Origin: Vicinamibacterales bacterium
GTDB lineage: Bacteria > Acidobacteriota > Vicinamibacteria > Vicinamibacterales > UBA2999
DNA length: 64,000 nt
Assembly (NCBI GenBank): GCA_050250645.1
Contig: JBFWOG010000018.1
Coordinates: forward strand, 138-64,137
Direction of reading: 5' to 3'
Positions 27,940-38,127 of the stretch are shown here, piece by piece. The position numbers and the translations under genes were made by a program. Position 1 is the stretch's first letter; the number at the start of each line of letters is the position of its first letter. The notes beneath the pieces are model-generated. The model saw only the letters and a program-made list of their open reading frames with translations, did no database searches and had not been told where the DNA came from.

Positions 27940-29643
27940 ATGTCCGACGAGAATCCCGTCCCCGCTGCCACCCCCACGCTGGACTTCATCCGCGAGATCG
28001 TCCGGGCCGACGTCGCCGCCGGCACCAACGGCGGCCGCGTCGTCACGCGCTTCCCGCCCGAGCCGAACGGCTACCTCCACATCGGCCACGCCAAGGCCAT
28101 CAGCCTCGACTTCGGCATCGCGCGCGAGTTCGGCGGGGTCTGCAACCTGCGCTTCGACGACACCAACCCGGTGAAGGAGGACGTCGAGTACGTCGACTCC
28201 ATCAAGGCCGACGTCCGGTGGCTCGGGTTCGACTGGGGCGACCGCGAGTACTACGCCTCGGACTACTACGAGCGGCTCTACGCGTTCGCGGAGCACCTCA
28301 TCGGGAAGGGTGTCGCCTACGTGGACTCGCTCTCGGCCGACGAGATCCGCGAGCACCGCGGGACGCTCACCTCGCCCGGCCGCAACTCCCCCTACCGCGA
28401 CCGGCCCGCGGCCGAGAGCCTGGACCTCTTCCGCCGCATGCGCGCCGGGGAGTTCCCCGACGGCGCCCACGTGCTGCGCGCCCGGATCGACATGGCCGCG
28501 CCGAACCTCACGATGCGCGACCCGGTGCTGTACCGCATCCGCCACGCGGCGCACCACCGGACGGGCACGGACTGGTGCATCTACCCGATGTACGACTTCG
28601 CGCACCCGCTGTCCGACGCGATCGAGGGCATCACGCACTCGCTCTGCACGCTCGAGTACGTCGACCACCGCCCGCTGTACGACTGGGTCGTGGCGCACGC
28701 CGACGTGCCGTCCCCGCCGCGCCAGTACGAGTTCGCCCGGCTCAACCTGAACTACACGGTGATGAGCAAGCGGAAGCTGCTCCAGCTGGTCGGGCAGGGG
28801 CACGTCGCCGGGTGGGACGACCCGCGGATGCCGACGGTCGCCGCGCTCCGGCGCCGCGGCTACACGCCGGAGTCGATCCGCGACTTCTGCCAGCGGGTGG
28901 GCGTCGCCAAGAAGGAGAACGTGATCGACATCGGCCTGCTCGAGCACTGCGTGCGCGAGGACCTCAACAAGCGCGCGCCGCGCGGCATGGCCGTCCTGCG
29001 GCCGCTCAAGGTCGTGCTGACCAACTACCCGTCGGGCACGACCGACGCGATGGACGTCGTCAACAACCCCGAGGACCCGTCGGCGGGCACCCGCAAGGTG
29101 CCCTTCGGGCGCGAGCTCTACATCGAGCGCGACGACTTCATGGAGGACCCGCCGAAGAAGTTCTTCCGCCTCGCGCCGGGCCGGGAGGTCAGGCTGCGGA
29201 ACGCGTACCTCATCACGTGCCAGGACGTGATCACGGACGCCGACGGCCAGGTCACCGAGCTCCGCTGCACCTACGACCCCGCCACGCGGGGCGGCGACGC
29301 GCCCGACGGCCGCAAGGTGAAGGCCACCCTGCACTGGGTCGCGGCGCACGCCGCCGTCACGGCGGAGGTGCGGCTGTACGACCGCCTCTTCAGCGTCGAG
29401 GACCCCGACGGCGAGGCGTCGCGGCGCGAGGTCGACATCACGACGCTCATCAACCCCGCCTCGCTCGAGGTGCTGACCGACTGCCAGGTCGAGCCGATGC
29501 TCGGCGAGGCGCCGGCCGGCAGCCGCTTCCAGTTCGAGCGCCTCGGCTACTTCGCCGTCGATCCGGACAGCGCTCCCGGCCGGCCCGTCTTCAACCGCAC
29601 GGTGTCGCTCAAGGACGCGTGGGCGCGGATTAGCAGGAAATAG
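27940..29643 (+). CDS. glnS: Glutamine--tRNA ligase
   Basis: [61 protein letters not shown] and FQFERLGYF motifs. Confidence 0.98.
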   Translation: MSDENPVPAATPTLDFIREIVRADVAAGTNGGRVVTRFPPEPNGYLHIGHAKAISLDFGIAREFGGVCNLRFDDTNPVKEDVEYVDSIKADVRWLGFDWGDREYYASDYYERLYAFAEHLIGKGVAYVDSLSADEIREHRGTLTSPGRNSPYRDRPAAESLDLFRRMRAGEFPDGAHVLRARIDMAAPNLTMRDPVLYRIRHAAHHRTGTDWCIYPMYDFAHPLSDAIEGITHSLCTLEYVDHRPLYDWVVAHADVPSPPRQYEFARLNLNYTVMSKRKLLQLVGQGHVAGWDDPRMPTVAALRRRGYTPESIRDFCQRVGVAKKENVIDIGLLEHCVREDLNKRAPRGMAVLRPLKVVLTNYPSGTTDAMDVVNNPEDPSAGTRKVPFGRELYIERDDFMEDPPKKFFRLAPGREVRLRNAYLITCQDVITDADGQVTELRCTYDPATRGGDAPDGRKVKATLHWVAAHAAVTAEVRLYDRLFSVEDPDGEASRREVDITTLINPASLEVLTDCQVEPMLGEAPAGSRFQFERLGYFAVDPDSAPGRPVFNRTVSLKDAWARISRK

Positions 29644-29747
29644 GGTGCCTGGGGGTGCCTGGGGTGCCTGGGGTGCCTGGGGTGCCTGGGGTGCGCCGTC
29701 AAGGTGCCAGGGGTGCCAGGGGTGCCAGGGGTGCCAAGGGTGCGCTG
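29644..29747 (+). repeat. 9-bp array, GGTGCC subtype (11 units including one GGTGCGCCGTCAA), directly after the glnS stop
   Basis: GGTGCCTGG x5, GGTGCGCCGTCAA, GGTGCCAGG x3, GGTGCCAAG, GGTGCGCTG. Confidence 0.95.
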
Positions 29748-29757
29748 GGTGGGGGGG

Positions 29758-30225
29758 TCAGCTCTGCGCGGCGTCGACCGGAGTGGCGTCGAGGACGCGC
29801 ACGAGGACGTCCGGGGCGATCCTGACCAGCAGGCCTCTGCGGCCGCCGTTGATGTAGATCTGCGGCAGGTCGAGAATCGACCGCTCCACGTAGACGGGCA
29901 GCGCCTTGCGCGTGCCGAAGGGGCTCGTGCCGCCGACCAGGTAGCCCGTGTGCTTCTGGGCCGTCGCCGGGTCGCACGGGGCCACGGTCCGCGCGCCCAC
30001 CTGGCGCGCCAGCGCCTTCGTCGACACCTCGCGGTCGCCGTGCATCAGCACCAGCAGCGGCCGCCGCGCCTCGTCCTCCATCACCAGTGTCTTGATGACC
30101 GCGTGCTCGTCCACCCCGAGTTCCCGCGCGGAGACGCGCGTGCCGCCGCGCGGTTCGTACCGGTACTCGCACTCCTCGAAGTCAATACCGTGAGCCCGGA
30201 GGGCCAGCGTCGCCTGGGTTGCCAC
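29758..30225 (-). CDS. ybaK: YbaK/EbsC Cys-tRNA(Pro) deacylase
   Basis: VIKTLV (catalytic Lys) and TGYLVGGTSPFG (GGxSP) motifs, plus YINGGRRG; 155 aa. Confidence 0.92.
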   Translation of the reverse strand: MATQATLALRAHGIDFEECEYRYEPRGGTRVSARELGVDEHAVIKTLVMEDEARRPLLVLMHGDREVSTKALARQVGARTVAPCDPATAQKHTGYLVGGTSPFGTRKALPVYVERSILDLPQIYINGGRRGLLVRIAPDVLVRVLDATPVDAAQS

Positions 30226-30242
30226 GGGGGTAGCTTACTCAG

Positions 30243-30420
30243 GGTTTGTCAGGTTCGTCAGGTTCGACAGGTTCGGCAGGTTCGGCAGGTTCGACAGGTT
30301 CGGCAGGTTCGACAGGTTCGGCAGGTTCGGCAGGTTCGACAGGTTCGGCAGGTTCGACAGGCGGACGGTCGCCAACAGCGGAACCCGACGAACCTGTCGA
30401 ACCCGACGAACCCGACGAAC
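30243..30420 (+). repeat. 9-bp array, GGTTCG subtype: 13 direct units (30243-30359) plus about 4 inverted units (30381-30420)
   Basis: GGTTCG(T/A/G)CA repeats, then CGACGAACC/TGTCGAACC (reverse complements). Confidence 0.95.
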
Positions 30421-30425
30421 ACCGT

Positions 30426-32864
30426 TCATTCCCGGAGCAAGGCGACAGGGTCCATGCGCCTGACGCGCAGGGCGGGCAGCACGCTGGCCACGACGGCGAC
30501 AGCGAGCAGCGTCAGGGCCACGAGGACAAAGGTGAGCGGGTCGGTCTCGCTCACGCCCCACAGGAGGCTTCCGAGGAACCGGGTGGCGGCAAGGGCGCCG
30601 AACGCCCCGGCGGCAAGGCCCACCAGGGCCATGTGGATGCCCGGCAGCGCCGCCGCGCGGACCGCGCCGCCCACCGTCGCCCCCAGCGCGAGGCGGATGC
30701 CCAGTTCGCGCGTGCGCTCGGCCACGCCGCTGGCGATCAGCCCGTGGATGCCGATGGCCGCCAGGAGCAGCGCCGCGCCGCCCAGCAGCCCGACGAGCAG
30801 GGTCAACATCCGCTGCTCGCCCGTCGCCGCCGCGCGGACATCGGTGAGCGCCCGCACATCCGCCACCGCAAGCCCGGGGGCCGCCTCGCGCATGGCCCTC
30901 CGCAGCGCCGGCTCGGCCACCGCCGCCGGACCCGCCGTCCGCACGACCCAGCTCGGGGTGAACCACGTATGCACGACGGCCATCGCGCTCGCCGGGAACT
31001 GCGCGGCAGGCAGGTAGACGCCCGGCAGGGCATCGACCGGGCCGTAGCCGTTGAAGCCGCCGCGCTGGCGCACGTCGCCCACGACGCCGACGATCTCCCG
31101 GAGTTCGCCGCTCATCGCCACCTGGCGGCCGATCGCCGCCCCGTCCGCCAGGTAGCGCCGGACGAAGGTCTCGTTCACGACGACCACCGGCGCACCGGCC
31201 TCGCCGTCGCCGGCGCCGATGGCCCGGCCGGCGACCACGGGGATGGCCAGGGTCTCGAAGTAGCCGGGCGTCACGTAGGTCGCCGTGGTGAACACGCCGT
31301 CGCCCTCCGCCTCCCCACCCGCGCCGACGATCCGCGCCCCCATGTTCAGGATCCTGTCGTAGGGCAGGCCGAGCGAGACGGCAACGGACTCGACGCCGGG
31401 CAGCGCCCGCAGCCGCGCCAGCCCCTCGTCGAACAGCCGCAGCACCGCGTCGTGGTCGCGATACCGGGCATCGTCGAGTGACGCCGAGATCGCGACGACG
31501 TTGCGGGCGTCGAATCCGGGCGGGAGCTGGGTCAGGGCCATGAACGTCCGGAGCAGGAGCCCCGCGCCGACCAGCAGCGTCATCCCGAGCGCGACCTCCG
31601 CGACGACCAGCACGCGGCGCGCCCAGCCCCGCGCGCCACCGGCGATGGACCGGGTCCCGCCCGCGGCCAGCGCCGGCGCGAGGTCGAGACGGCTGGCCTG
31701 CAGCGCCGGCACCAGGCCGACGGCGAGCGCGGTGACCGCGGTGAGGACCGCGGTCACGGCGACCACTCGCCCGTCGAGCACCGCGGCCGGCCCCGGGCCG
31801 ATGAACTGGTCGGCCATGGCCTGCAGTGCCCGCACGCCGGCGGCGCCCACGGCGAGCCCCAGCGCGCCGCCGATGCCGGCGATGAGCGCGCTCTCGGCGA
31901 GCAGCTGGCGGATCACGGCACCGCGCCCGCCGCCCAGGGCCAGGCGCGTGGCGATCTCGCGCGTGCGGGAGCTCGCGCGCGCCAGGAGGAGCCCCGCCAG
32001 GTTGACCATCGCGATCACGAGCACGAGGCCGACGGCGCCCCAGAGCAGCAGCAACGGACGCCGCGACGCTTCCGTCAGGCCGGCCTGGAGGGGTATCGCG
32101 CCATGGGTAATCCGCAGGCCGCCGTCCGCCTCCGTCCGCCGCAGCGAGGGGTCGGCCAGCGCGGCCATCTCGGCCCCCGCCTCCGCCCAGGACACGCCGG
32201 GCCGGAGCCGGAGCGCGATGAGGTAGTTCTCCCCGCCGCCCTCGCCCGTCGTCGACGGCCGGACCGGCGTCCAGACGTCGGGATCAGGCGCGTCGTGGAA
32301 GGTCGCGGGCATGACGCCGACGACGGTGTGCGGCTCCCCGCGCAGCAACACCCGGCGTCCCACCGCGCCGGGATCCCCGTCGAAGAGCGTCCGCCACAGG
32401 CCGTCGCTCAGGATGGCGACCTTCGGGCCGTCCGGCCGGTCTTCCTCCCGCGTGAACTCGCGGCCCAGCACGGGCGACACGCCGAGCACGCCGAAGTACC
32501 CCGCGCCGACGCGCTGCTGGGTGATGGCCATCGCGCGGTCCCCGGCGAGGAGGTTCACCGAGGCCCGCATGCCCGTGTACACCGCGGCATCGACGGTCGT
32601 GGCCGCCGACTCGACGGCGAACCAGGTCGCGCCGGAGCTGGCGATCTCCTCGGCCACGCGCGCGCCGTCCCTGGTGTAGATCCGGGTCAACAGGCCGAGG
32701 CGGTCGGGCTGCGGGTACGGCAGCGGCTTGAGGAGCACCGCGTCCACGAGGGAGAACACCGCGGTGTTGGCGCCGATCGCCAGCGCCAGGGTCAGGATGG
32801 CCGTGACGGCGAACCCCGGGTTCTTCACGAGCATCCGCCACGCAAACCGCAGGTTGTTGCCCAC
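30426..32864 (-). CDS. ADOP-type duplicated ABC permease (MacB_PCD+FtsX x2)
   Basis: [13 protein letters not shown]...[15 protein letters not shown]; two FtsX halves ([21 protein letters not shown]); ends DPVALLRE; GGAGGAG RBS before GTG 32864. Confidence 0.93.
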   Translation of the reverse strand: MGNNLRFAWRMLVKNPGFAVTAILTLALAIGANTAVFSLVDAVLLKPLPYPQPDRLGLLTRIYTRDGARVAEEIASSGATWFAVESAATTVDAAVYTGMRASVNLLAGDRAMAITQQRVGAGYFGVLGVSPVLGREFTREEDRPDGPKVAILSDGLWRTLFDGDPGAVGRRVLLRGEPHTVVGVMPATFHDAPDPDVWTPVRPSTTGEGGGENYLIALRLRPGVSWAEAGAEMAALADPSLRRTEADGGLRITHGAIPLQAGLTEASRRPLLLLWGAVGLVLVIAMVNLAGLLLARASSRTREIATRLALGGGRGAVIRQLLAESALIAGIGGALGLAVGAAGVRALQAMADQFIGPGPAAVLDGRVVAVTAVLTAVTALAVGLVPALQASRLDLAPALAAGGTRSIAGGARGWARRVLVVAEVALGMTLLVGAGLLLRTFMALTQLPPGFDARNVVAISASLDDARYRDHDAVLRLFDEGLARLRALPGVESVAVSLGLPYDRILNMGARIVGAGGEAEGDGVFTTATYVTPGYFETLAIPVVAGRAIGAGDGEAGAPVVVVNETFVRRYLADGAAIGRQVAMSGELREIVGVVGDVRQRGGFNGYGPVDALPGVYLPAAQFPASAMAVVHTWFTPSWVVRTAGPAAVAEPALRRAMREAAPGLAVADVRALTDVRAAATGEQRMLTLLVGLLGGAALLLAAIGIHGLIASGVAERTRELGIRLALGATVGGAVRAAALPGIHMALVGLAAGAFGALAATRFLGSLLWGVSETDPLTFVLVALTLLAVAVVASVLPALRVRRMDPVALLRE

Positions 32865-32957
32865 GTGCTCTCCTCCACGGGCACGCCGCGCGTCAGCGGA
32901 TGCGGACGGCGCGCCGCACCAAATCACAAGATCACAAGATCACCAGATGCCCCAAAT

Positions 32958-35417
32958 CTAGTCCTGGCGCAGCGCCGTCAACGGGCTCACCCGCATGGCG
33001 CGCAGCGCCGGGACGGCGCTCGCCAGCCCCGCCACGACCGCGAGCACCAGCGGCACGGCGGCGAACGTCACAGGGTCTCCCGGCGCGACGCCGTACAGCA
33101 AGCTCGACATCAGGCGGGTCAGGGCGTAGGCGGCCGCCGTGCCGGCGAGAATCCCGCCGCCGGCCAGCCGCAGCCCCTGGCCGAGGATGAGGCCCAGAAC
33201 GCCCGCGCGGTCCGCGCCGACGGCCATGCGGATGCCGATCTCGTGCGTGCGGCGCGACACGAAGTACGCGAGCACGCCGTAGATGCCGACCGCCGCGAGG
33301 ACGAGCGCCACCACCGCGAACGCCGACAGCAGGAAGCCGGTGAGCCTGGGCGTCGCGAGCGCGGACGCGACCACGTCCTCCATCGGCCGCACGTTGGCCA
33401 CCGGCAGCTTCGGGTCGAGGGTGCGGACGTCCGCCCGGATGGGGCCGGCGAGCGCGGCCGGGTCGCCGTCGCCCCGGACGACGAGGAACACGCTGCGCAC
33501 GACGAGGCCGTTGGTCACGACGTGCCACTGCGGGTGCGGGATGAAGAACTTCTCCTTCACGACGCCGGTGACGCCGTTGTGCCGCTCGTCCGCGACGATG
33601 CCGACGACCGTGGCCCAGGGGCGCGAGGGATCGGAGCCCACGCGGATGCGGCCCCCGAGCGCCGCCGCCTCGTCGCGCCAGTACGCGCGGGCCATGGTCT
33701 CGTTGATGACCGCGACGGGCGCCGCGGCGGAGGTGTCGCCGTCGTCGAACCAGCGCCCGCGGACGAGCCTGGTGCCGAGCGCCTCGAAGGCGCCGGCCGA
33801 CGCGATCTGCCAGTCGCCCTTCGCGTTGTGGCCCGGCGACTCCTCGAAGCCGTCCACGTCGAGCCCGAAGTCGCCGATCGTCGTCGCGAGCGGCAGGGCC
33901 CGCACGACGCCGGCCGCGGTGACGCCCGGCAGGCCGCGGACGTCCGCGAGGAGCCGCTGGTAGAAGTCCACGACCTTCTCCGGCGAGTCGTAGGAGGCCG
34001 GCGGCAGCGACAGGCGCATCGTGAGGACGTGCGCCGGATCGAAGCCGAGGTCCACCCGGCCGAGCGCCGCAAGGCTGCGCACCATCAGGCCGGCGCCGAT
34101 CACGAGGACGACGGCGAGCGCGACCTCCGCCGACACGAGCAGGCCACGCAGCCGCTGCCGGCGCCCTCCCACCGTCGCCTGCTGGCTGCCCTCGCGCAGC
34201 GATTCGACCAGGTTGACGCCCAGCGCGCGGAGCGCGGGGGCGAGCCCGAAGAGCAGCGTCGTGATCACCCCGAGCCCGAGCGCGAACGCCACGACGCGCC
34301 CGTCGAGGGCGATGGGCGCGAGCGGCGGCAGGCTGGCGGGCGCGAGCGACACGAGCACCCGGAGCGCGCCCGCGGCCAGGGCCAGCCCGGCGAGCGAGCC
34401 GGCAAGCGCGAGGACGAGGCTCTCGACGAGCAGCTGCCGCACGAGCGCGGCGGGCGAGGCGCCGACGGCCGTGCGGACCGCGAGCTCGCGGAGGCGGCTG
34501 TCCCCGCGCACGAGGAGCAGATTCGCCACGTTGGTGCAGGCGATCAGCAGGAGGAAGAGCACCGCGCCCGCCAGCAGCCACATGGCCGGGCGCACCGCGC
34601 CGCGGATCTCCTGGTCGAGCGGGACCGCGAAGGCGGTGAACTGCATGGCCTCGGGATAGTCACCGCGCTCGGTCATCCGGCGCGTCAACGACGCCAGTTC
34701 CGCGGTCGCCGACGCCGCCGTCTGGCCGGGCGCGAGCACGCCGGCCGCGTAGTAGCCGTGGCTGCCGCGCGAGAGGTCCTGGGGGTCGAGCCGCAGCGGA
34801 CGCCACAGCTCGGTCGGCTCGGCGGCGTCCTCCGTGAAGTCGGTGGGCAGCCGGAAGCCGTCGGGCATCACGCCGACGACCTGGACCGGGACATCGTCGA
34901 GCAGGATCGTGCGGCCGACGATCCCCGGGTCGCCGCCGTAGCGCGCCTGCCAGATCCGGTAGCCGAGGACGGCGACGGGCGGGCCGTCCGGCACGTCCTC
35001 CTCGGGACGGATGACGCGCCCGAGGGCCGGCCGCGCCCCGAGCACGTCGAAGGTGTTCGCCATCACGAAGCCGACGCCCACCCGCAGCGGGTCGCCGTCA
35101 CCCGTCAGGTTCTGCTGGCCGGACGTCCAGCCCGCAACGTCCGTCATCGTCCGGCTGAGCCGCTGGTAGTCGAGAATCTCGGCGTCGGAGAGCCAGGTCT
35201 TGTCGAAGCTCACCCAGCGGCTCCAGATGAGCACGCGCTGCCCCGGCTGCGCGTAGGGGAGCGGCTCGAGGAGCACCGCCTGCAGGACGCTGAACATCGC
35301 CGACGTCGCGCCGATGCCGAGCGCCAGCGTCACCAGCGCGGCGATCGCGAACCCCGGGCTCTTCACGAGCCCACGCACGCCGCCCTTCACGTCCTGCCCT
35401 ATCGCGTCCCACGCCAT
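32958..35417 (-). CDS. ADOP-type duplicated ABC permease
   Basis: QDVKGGVRGLVKSPGF..LALGIGATSAMFS; ACTNVANLLL; RTHEIGIRMAVGA; ends SPLTALRQD. Confidence 0.93.
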   Translation of the reverse strand: MAWDAIGQDVKGGVRGLVKSPGFAIAALVTLALGIGATSAMFSVLQAVLLEPLPYAQPGQRVLIWSRWVSFDKTWLSDAEILDYQRLSRTMTDVAGWTSGQQNLTGDGDPLRVGVGFVMANTFDVLGARPALGRVIRPEEDVPDGPPVAVLGYRIWQARYGGDPGIVGRTILLDDVPVQVVGVMPDGFRLPTDFTEDAAEPTELWRPLRLDPQDLSRGSHGYYAAGVLAPGQTAASATAELASLTRRMTERGDYPEAMQFTAFAVPLDQEIRGAVRPAMWLLAGAVLFLLLIACTNVANLLLVRGDSRLRELAVRTAVGASPAALVRQLLVESLVLALAGSLAGLALAAGALRVLVSLAPASLPPLAPIALDGRVVAFALGLGVITTLLFGLAPALRALGVNLVESLREGSQQATVGGRRQRLRGLLVSAEVALAVVLVIGAGLMVRSLAALGRVDLGFDPAHVLTMRLSLPPASYDSPEKVVDFYQRLLADVRGLPGVTAAGVVRALPLATTIGDFGLDVDGFEESPGHNAKGDWQIASAGAFEALGTRLVRGRWFDDGDTSAAAPVAVINETMARAYWRDEAAALGGRIRVGSDPSRPWATVVGIVADERHNGVTGVVKEKFFIPHPQWHVVTNGLVVRSVFLVVRGDGDPAALAGPIRADVRTLDPKLPVANVRPMEDVVASALATPRLTGFLLSAFAVVALVLAAVGIYGVLAYFVSRRTHEIGIRMAVGADRAGVLGLILGQGLRLAGGGILAGTAAAYALTRLMSSLLYGVAPGDPVTFAAVPLVLAVVAGLASAVPALRAMRVSPLTALRQD

Positions 35418-35612
35418 CGGTCACCCCCGGTGCCGGGTTTGACGGATCAACGGGCACCAAGGGTTGTCCCGGGGGCCGGGGGGCAGGCAGCGGGACCTTT
35501 CCATCCGCCGCCGGCGGGCCGGCGCGCGACGAGAGGGGACCCGGCCGAGGGCTGCGGGCGGAGTCGCGCGCCGGGGCACCCGGCGGACGCCGCCTCGGTC
35601 TATCATTCCCCC

Positions 35613-36884
35613 ATGCCGCAGACGTCCGACCTCACGCTCTCCGCCCTCGTGCAGGCGCGCATCGCCCACCCGTCCCCCATCCGCCAGATCATGAAGATGG
35701 CGGAGCGCCAGAACATCCTCGCGATGGGGCTCGACCCGGACGCGGTGATTTCCTTCGGCGGTGGCTGGGTCAACCACCCCGCGCCCGACGGGTTCCGGGA
35801 GGCCTACCAGGAGGTGGTGTCCGACGCGGCGCTCTTCCACGCGAGCGGCGGCTACACCGCGACGCTCGGCGAGCTGGCGTGCCGCGAGCAGATCGCGCGC
35901 TTCGAGGCGCACCTCTTCGGGGTGCCGCGACTCGCCGCGGCGAACATCGCGATCGGCCTCGGCAGCACGCAGCTCACCCACGACCTGTTCCGGACGCTGA
36001 TCGACCCCGGCGACACGGTCATGATTCTCGACCCGACCTACGCCAACTACGAGGGACAGCTCGCCTTCGCCGCGCCGGGCGCGACCATCGTCCGGCTGCG
36101 CGTGCTCGACCCGGCGACGTGGGCCTACCTGCCGGAGACCGACCCGGAGGGCGTCAAGGCGGAGTTCGATCGCCTCTTCGACCTCCACAAGCCGCGGCTC
36201 GTCCTGTTCGGCGCGCCCGACAACCCGACGAGCCAGGTCGTCCCGCAGGCGCTCGCCGAGCACATGCGCGCGCGCACGGCGGAGGCCGGCGCCTGGCTGG
36301 CGATCGACTTCGCCTACAAGTGCCAGTTCTTCTCGGCCCCGCCCGCGTACTACGCCTGGTCGCCGGCCGACCACCCGCACGTGATCGGCATCCACTCCAA
36401 CTCGAAGTGGGCGCGCGGCCTCGGGCGCCGGCTCGGCTGGATCGAGGCCGACACGCGCGTCATCGACGGGCTCGAGCGGGTCCAGCAGTGCAGCATCCTG
36501 TGCCCGGACACGCTCTCGCAGATGACCATGGCCCGCTACCTGGCGCGGGCGATTGACGACGGGTCGCTGCGGGCGTACGTGGACTGGGCCAACGGCCTGT
36601 ACCGGGAGGCGGCGCGCGTCACCGTCGAGGCCGTGGACACGTTCATCGGGCGGCCCCGCCTGACGCCGGCGGGCGGCCTCTACACGGTCGTGGACGTCGG
36701 GAGCGACGCCGACGCGTTCGTCCCCCGCGCGCTCCAGGCGACGGGCGTCCTCGTCGTCCCGGGCCGCGGCTTCGGCCCGTCGATCGCCAACGGCGTCCGC
36801 ATCTCCTACGGCCCGATGGTGATGACGCCGGAGCGCATCCGCGAAGGCCTCGAACGGCTCGGCCGCTGGATGAGGGGGAGCTAG
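35613..36884 (+). CDS. PLP-dependent aminotransferase class I/II
   Basis: ISFGGG.., DPTYANY, PDNPT, DFAY, SNSKWARGLGRRLGW (PLP Lys), GGLY; TATCAT 6 nt before ATG. Confidence 0.9.
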   Translation: MPQTSDLTLSALVQARIAHPSPIRQIMKMAERQNILAMGLDPDAVISFGGGWVNHPAPDGFREAYQEVVSDAALFHASGGYTATLGELACREQIARFEAHLFGVPRLAAANIAIGLGSTQLTHDLFRTLIDPGDTVMILDPTYANYEGQLAFAAPGATIVRLRVLDPATWAYLPETDPEGVKAEFDRLFDLHKPRLVLFGAPDNPTSQVVPQALAEHMRARTAEAGAWLAIDFAYKCQFFSAPPAYYAWSPADHPHVIGIHSNSKWARGLGRRLGWIEADTRVIDGLERVQQCSILCPDTLSQMTMARYLARAIDDGSLRAYVDWANGLYREAARVTVEAVDTFIGRPRLTPAGGLYTVVDVGSDADAFVPRALQATGVLVVPGRGFGPSIANGVRISYGPMVMTPERIREGLERLGRWMRGS

Positions 36885-36887
36885 ACA

Positions 36888-36986
36888 GGTTCGTCAGGTT
36901 CGACGGGTTCGACGGGTTCGACGGGTTCGTCAGGTTCGTCAGGTTCGTCAGGTTCGTCAGGTTCGTCAGGTTCGACGGGTTCGGAC
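36888..36986 (+). repeat. 9-bp array, GGTTCG subtype (11 units)
   Basis: GGTTCGTCA/GGTTCGACG units starting 3 nt after the aminotransferase stop. Confidence 0.95.
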
Positions 36987-37025
36987 CGGGAGAAACGTTT
37001 CAGCGCCTGGCTGCATCAGACGATC

Positions 37026-37523
37026 ATGAGCAGCGGAGCACCCCACGCCATGACCACCTGGACGGCCACGCCGGAAGGACTCGTCGCGCCGTGCGCGGCG
37101 TGTGGGCAGAAGAACCGCGTCCGGCTCGATCGGCTCGGCGCGCGCGGGCAGTGCGGCAAGTGCCACCAGGCGCTGCCGGCCGTGGACGGCCCGGTGGACG
37201 TGCCGTCGGCGGCGGCGTTCGACGCGCTGGTCGCGGGCGCGCGCGTGCCGGTGCTCGTGGACTTCTGGGCGCCGTGGTGCGGCCCGTGCCACATGGTCGC
37301 CCCCGAACTGGCGAAGGTCGCCGCGGCGCACGCCGGTGAGTGGCTCGTCGCCAAGGTGAACACGGACGCCGTGGCCGAGGTGTCCGAGCGGCTCGTCATC
37401 CGCTCGATCCCCACGCTGATGCTGTTCACCGACGGCGCGCTGCGCCACCGGATGAGCGGCGCGCTGCCCGCCGAGGGCATCGAGCAGTTCGTGGCCGCCG
37501 GCCTCGCCGCCCCGCGCCGGTAG
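37026..37523 (+). CDS. trxC: Thioredoxin 2 with an N-terminal zinc finger
   Basis: CAACGQKNR..CGKC zinc motif; VDFWAPWCGPC active site; IRSIPT. Alternative start at 37050. Confidence 0.92.
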   Translation: MSSGAPHAMTTWTATPEGLVAPCAACGQKNRVRLDRLGARGQCGKCHQALPAVDGPVDVPSAAAFDALVAGARVPVLVDFWAPWCGPCHMVAPELAKVAAAHAGEWLVAKVNTDAVAEVSERLVIRSIPTLMLFTDGALRHRMSGALPAEGIEQFVAAGLAAPRR

Positions 37524-37534
37524 CGCGGGCCGGC

Positions 37535-38119
37535 TCAGGGGGACGGACGCGCGCCGGCTGCCCGCCGATCGATCGCCTCGCGCACGATGCGCGCCTGCCA
37601 CAGGTGCCGCCGATCGTGCGCCGGAATCACCCCCAGCACGGTCGACAGCCGCATGCGGAACACCGGGAAGAAGGGGTTGGGGCCGACGACCCGGTTGGCG
37701 TCGACGAAGGCCGCCGCGGCCACCAGCCGGCGGTACGGGTCGTGGCTGGCCACCAGGTTGGGGACCAGCGTCGCCCTCGACGCGGTCGACGCGGGCACCA
37801 CGGCCTTGGGCGCCCCCGCCCGCATCCGCACGGGCGGCTCGAGCGTCCTCAGGAACCACCGCCCGATCCCGCTCGGCTCGAGTCCCGAGAACGGCCCCGG
37901 CCCGCCGTCGCGCGCCTGCTCGGCCAGGGGCAGGAAGCGCTGCAGGTAGAACTCGTTGGTCGCCCGCAGGTGGTCGAGGCACTGGGCGATGCTCCAGGTC
38001 TTGCCGGGGGCGACCTGCCAGTTCACCTCCTCGTCGGTGAGCCCGTCGACCAGCGAGCGGGCGTCGGCCTCGCAGGCCGCGACCTGGTCGAGCAGGGACT
38101 GCAGGGGGGCTGGAAGCAT
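37535..38119 (-). CDS. DinB/YfiT-family protein
   Basis: WSIAQCLDHL and H..RHL.QA metal-binding helices; GAGG RBS before ATG 38119 (GTG 38131 also possible). Confidence 0.88.
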   Translation of the reverse strand: MLPAPLQSLLDQVAACEADARSLVDGLTDEEVNWQVAPGKTWSIAQCLDHLRATNEFYLQRFLPLAEQARDGGPGPFSGLEPSGIGRWFLRTLEPPVRMRAGAPKAVVPASTASRATLVPNLVASHDPYRRLVAAAAFVDANRVVGPNPFFPVFRMRLSTVLGVIPAHDRRHLWQARIVREAIDRRAAGARPSP

Positions 38120-38127
38120 CGCGCACC

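Noticed and set aside
20255-35470. Shared C(A/T)ACC-N17/18-CGTCAA ECF-like promoter upstream of fasciclin and the 35417 permease
   Set aside because: Only two instances, with unequal spacing and a weak -35; not supportable without TSS data.
7870-36986. 9-bp arrays as CRISPR arrays
   Set aside because: The units are contiguous 9-mers with no unique spacers, and there are no cas genes in the window.
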